Shown in pieces: positions 62,874-64,000 of a stretch of DNA of 64,000 nucleotides (its first letter is position 1; each line of letters starts with the position of its first letter). The DNA is from an uncultured Rikenella sp. GTDB lineage: Bacteria > Bacteroidota > Bacteroidia > Bacteroidales > VadinHA17. The translations under genes were made by a program, and so were the position numbers. The notes below the pieces were generated by a model. The model was not told the origin of the DNA. It did no database searches and saw only the letters and a program-made list of their open reading frames with translations. The stretch spans positions 2,769 through 66,768 of the forward strand of contig CAYVYM010000004.1 of the NCBI GenBank assembly GCA_964455705.1, read 5' to 3'.

Positions 62874-64000
62874 ATGAAATCACTGATAAAGTTTTTTGAG
62901 GAGAATGTTGAAAAATATGCATCCAATATTTACCTCTGGGAGAAGATGCAGGATAAGTATGAGGGCACCACGTACCAGGAGACCAAGCGTCAGGTACAGG
63001 AGTTTGGTGCCGGTCTCATGCAGCTCGGTATAAAAAAGGGTGATCGTGTCAGCATGCTCGCTGACGGACGCAACAGCTGGGTCATTGGAGAACTGGGGAT
63101 ACTCTATGCCGGGGGGGTGAACGTTCCGCTGTCTGTCAAGTTGAACCCCGAGGAGATAAAGTTCCGCCTTATTCATTCAGGTTCTAAGATGGTCATCACC
63201 TCAAGCACCCAGGCTCCGAAAATTCTGGAGATCATTGACAGGTGCCCCGATGTGGAAAAAGTCATCTTCATGGATCCCCGGGAAGAGTATACTGACAGAC
63301 AGATCCATTTCAACGAGGTCAGGAAGACAGGACGTGAGTGGCTTGAGAACCCGGTCAACAGAAAGTCCTTCGAGGAGTTCGCAGCATCAGTCACGGCCTC
63401 AGATTTTGCCAATATCTGTTACACTTCAGGTACAACAGCTGACCCTAAAGGCATTATTCTGACTCACGGCAATTACGTGACAAACGTTTACCAGTCATAC
63501 AGCCTGATGGACATCCCGCAATACTACAAGACTCTGCTCATACTGCCGTGGGATCACTCGTTTGCGCACACGGCAGGCATTTACGCCTTCATGGGCAAGG
63601 GGGCAAGCATTGCCTCTGTCAAGGTGGGCAAGACCCCGATGGAGACCCTGCGAAATATCCCCGTCTGCATGCAGGAGATAAAGCCCAACCTGCTCATGAG
63701 CGTGCCGGCACTGGCAAAAAACTTCAGAAAGTCAATCGAAAAAGCGATAAAAGAAAAGGGAAAGATGACTGAGGCTCTGTTCAACTTCGCCCTTAAAAGG
63801 GCATACTCCTACAACAGGGAGGGATATAACAAGGGGCAGGGAATACAGAGGATAAAAAAACCTCTTATCAGTCTCTTTGACAGAATCCTTTTTGCAAAAG
63901 TACGTGAAGCCTTCGGAGGAGAGCTTGATTTCTTCATAGGAGGCGGTGCCCTTCTCGACATTGAGCTGCAGCGTTTTTTCTACGCCATTGGCGTGCCGAT
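62874..64000 (+). CDS. fadD: Long-chain fatty-acid--CoA ligase (AMP-binding enzyme), 3'-truncated by the window end
   Basis: This ORF is not in the track because it has no stop in the window. I translated it by hand from the ATG at 62874: MKSLIKFFEENVEKYASNIYLWEK.... It carries the AMP-binding signature ICYTSGTTADPKGIILTHGNY. Confidence 0.85.
   Translation, partial: MKSLIKFFEENVEKYASNIYLWEKMQDKYEGTTYQETKRQVQEFGAGLMQLGIKKGDRVSMLADGRNSWVIGELGILYAGGVNVPLSVKLNPEEIKFRLIHSGSKMVITSSTQAPKILEIIDRCPDVEKVIFMDPREEYTDRQIHFNEVRKTGREWLENPVNRKSFEEFAASVTASDFANICYTSGTTADPKGIILTHGNYVTNVYQSYSLMDIPQYYKTLLILPWDHSFAHTAGIYAFMGKGASIASVKVGKTPMETLRNIPVCMQEIKPNLLMSVPALAKNFRKSIEKAIKEKGKMTEALFNFALKRAYSYNREGYNKGQGIQRIKKPLISLFDRILFAKVREAFGGELDFFIGGGALLDIELQRFFYAIGVP

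Noticed and set aside
1-64000. A search of the whole window for mobile elements, tRNA or rRNA genes, toxin-antitoxin pairs or restriction/defence islands
   Set aside because: No transposase, integrase, recombinase, phage-like or toxin-like ORFs were seen, and no cloverleaf-like or rRNA-like sequence was noticed in the intergenic gaps. The region appears to be core chromosome.

Overview
The window looks like a core chromosomal segment of a Bacteroidota bacterium. The evidence is several perfect TAnnTTTG -7 promoter boxes, no Shine-Dalgarno sequences, a T9SS type-B C-terminal sorting domain, SusB-like GH97 and GH95 lipoproteins, and divergent tsaD/tamB followed by exbB-exbD-tonB. Coding density is high: I count 59 credible CDS. 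One of them, an acyl-CoA ligase running off the 3' end, is missing from the ORF track because it has no stop in the window. I found no rRNA, tRNA, CRISPR array, transposase, integrase or recognisable defence system.

Gene content, in order:
- a redoxin plus an ABC-2 exporter
- a PD40 propeller protein
- a GNAT-like/HDAC-like fusion protein
- a GH97/GH95 glycosidase pair
- three polytopic membrane enzymes
- a prolyl oligopeptidase
- an 11-gene respiratory operon (14791-24016)
- a secreted cyanophycinase
- tandem S12 serine-hydrolase paralogs leading a nagA-ROK-MFS-SIS-UroD-like operon
- a patatin-like lipase
- four uncharacterised envelope or coiled-coil genes
- housekeeping genes: upp, a nucleoside permease, zupT, tsaD, tamB, exbBD-tonB, glyA, a ClC channel, an M16 peptidase pair, an RSH (p)ppGpp enzyme, fur and purA

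The best candidate for an undescribed system is the front half of the respiratory operon. It encodes a Tat-exported NrfC-like FeS protein, a roughly 10-TM NrfD-like protein, a C-terminally anchored monohaem cytochrome c and DoxX, and runs directly into an A2-type caa3 oxidase. None of the other Alternative Complex III subunits, and no bc1 genes, are in the window. Secondary candidates are the GNAT/HDAC fusion and the unassigned amino-sugar-like operon. Two degenerate tandem repeats in intergenic DNA (3 x about 44 bp and 2 x 48 bp) have no explanation. All calls rest on motif reading by eye; no database search was possible.
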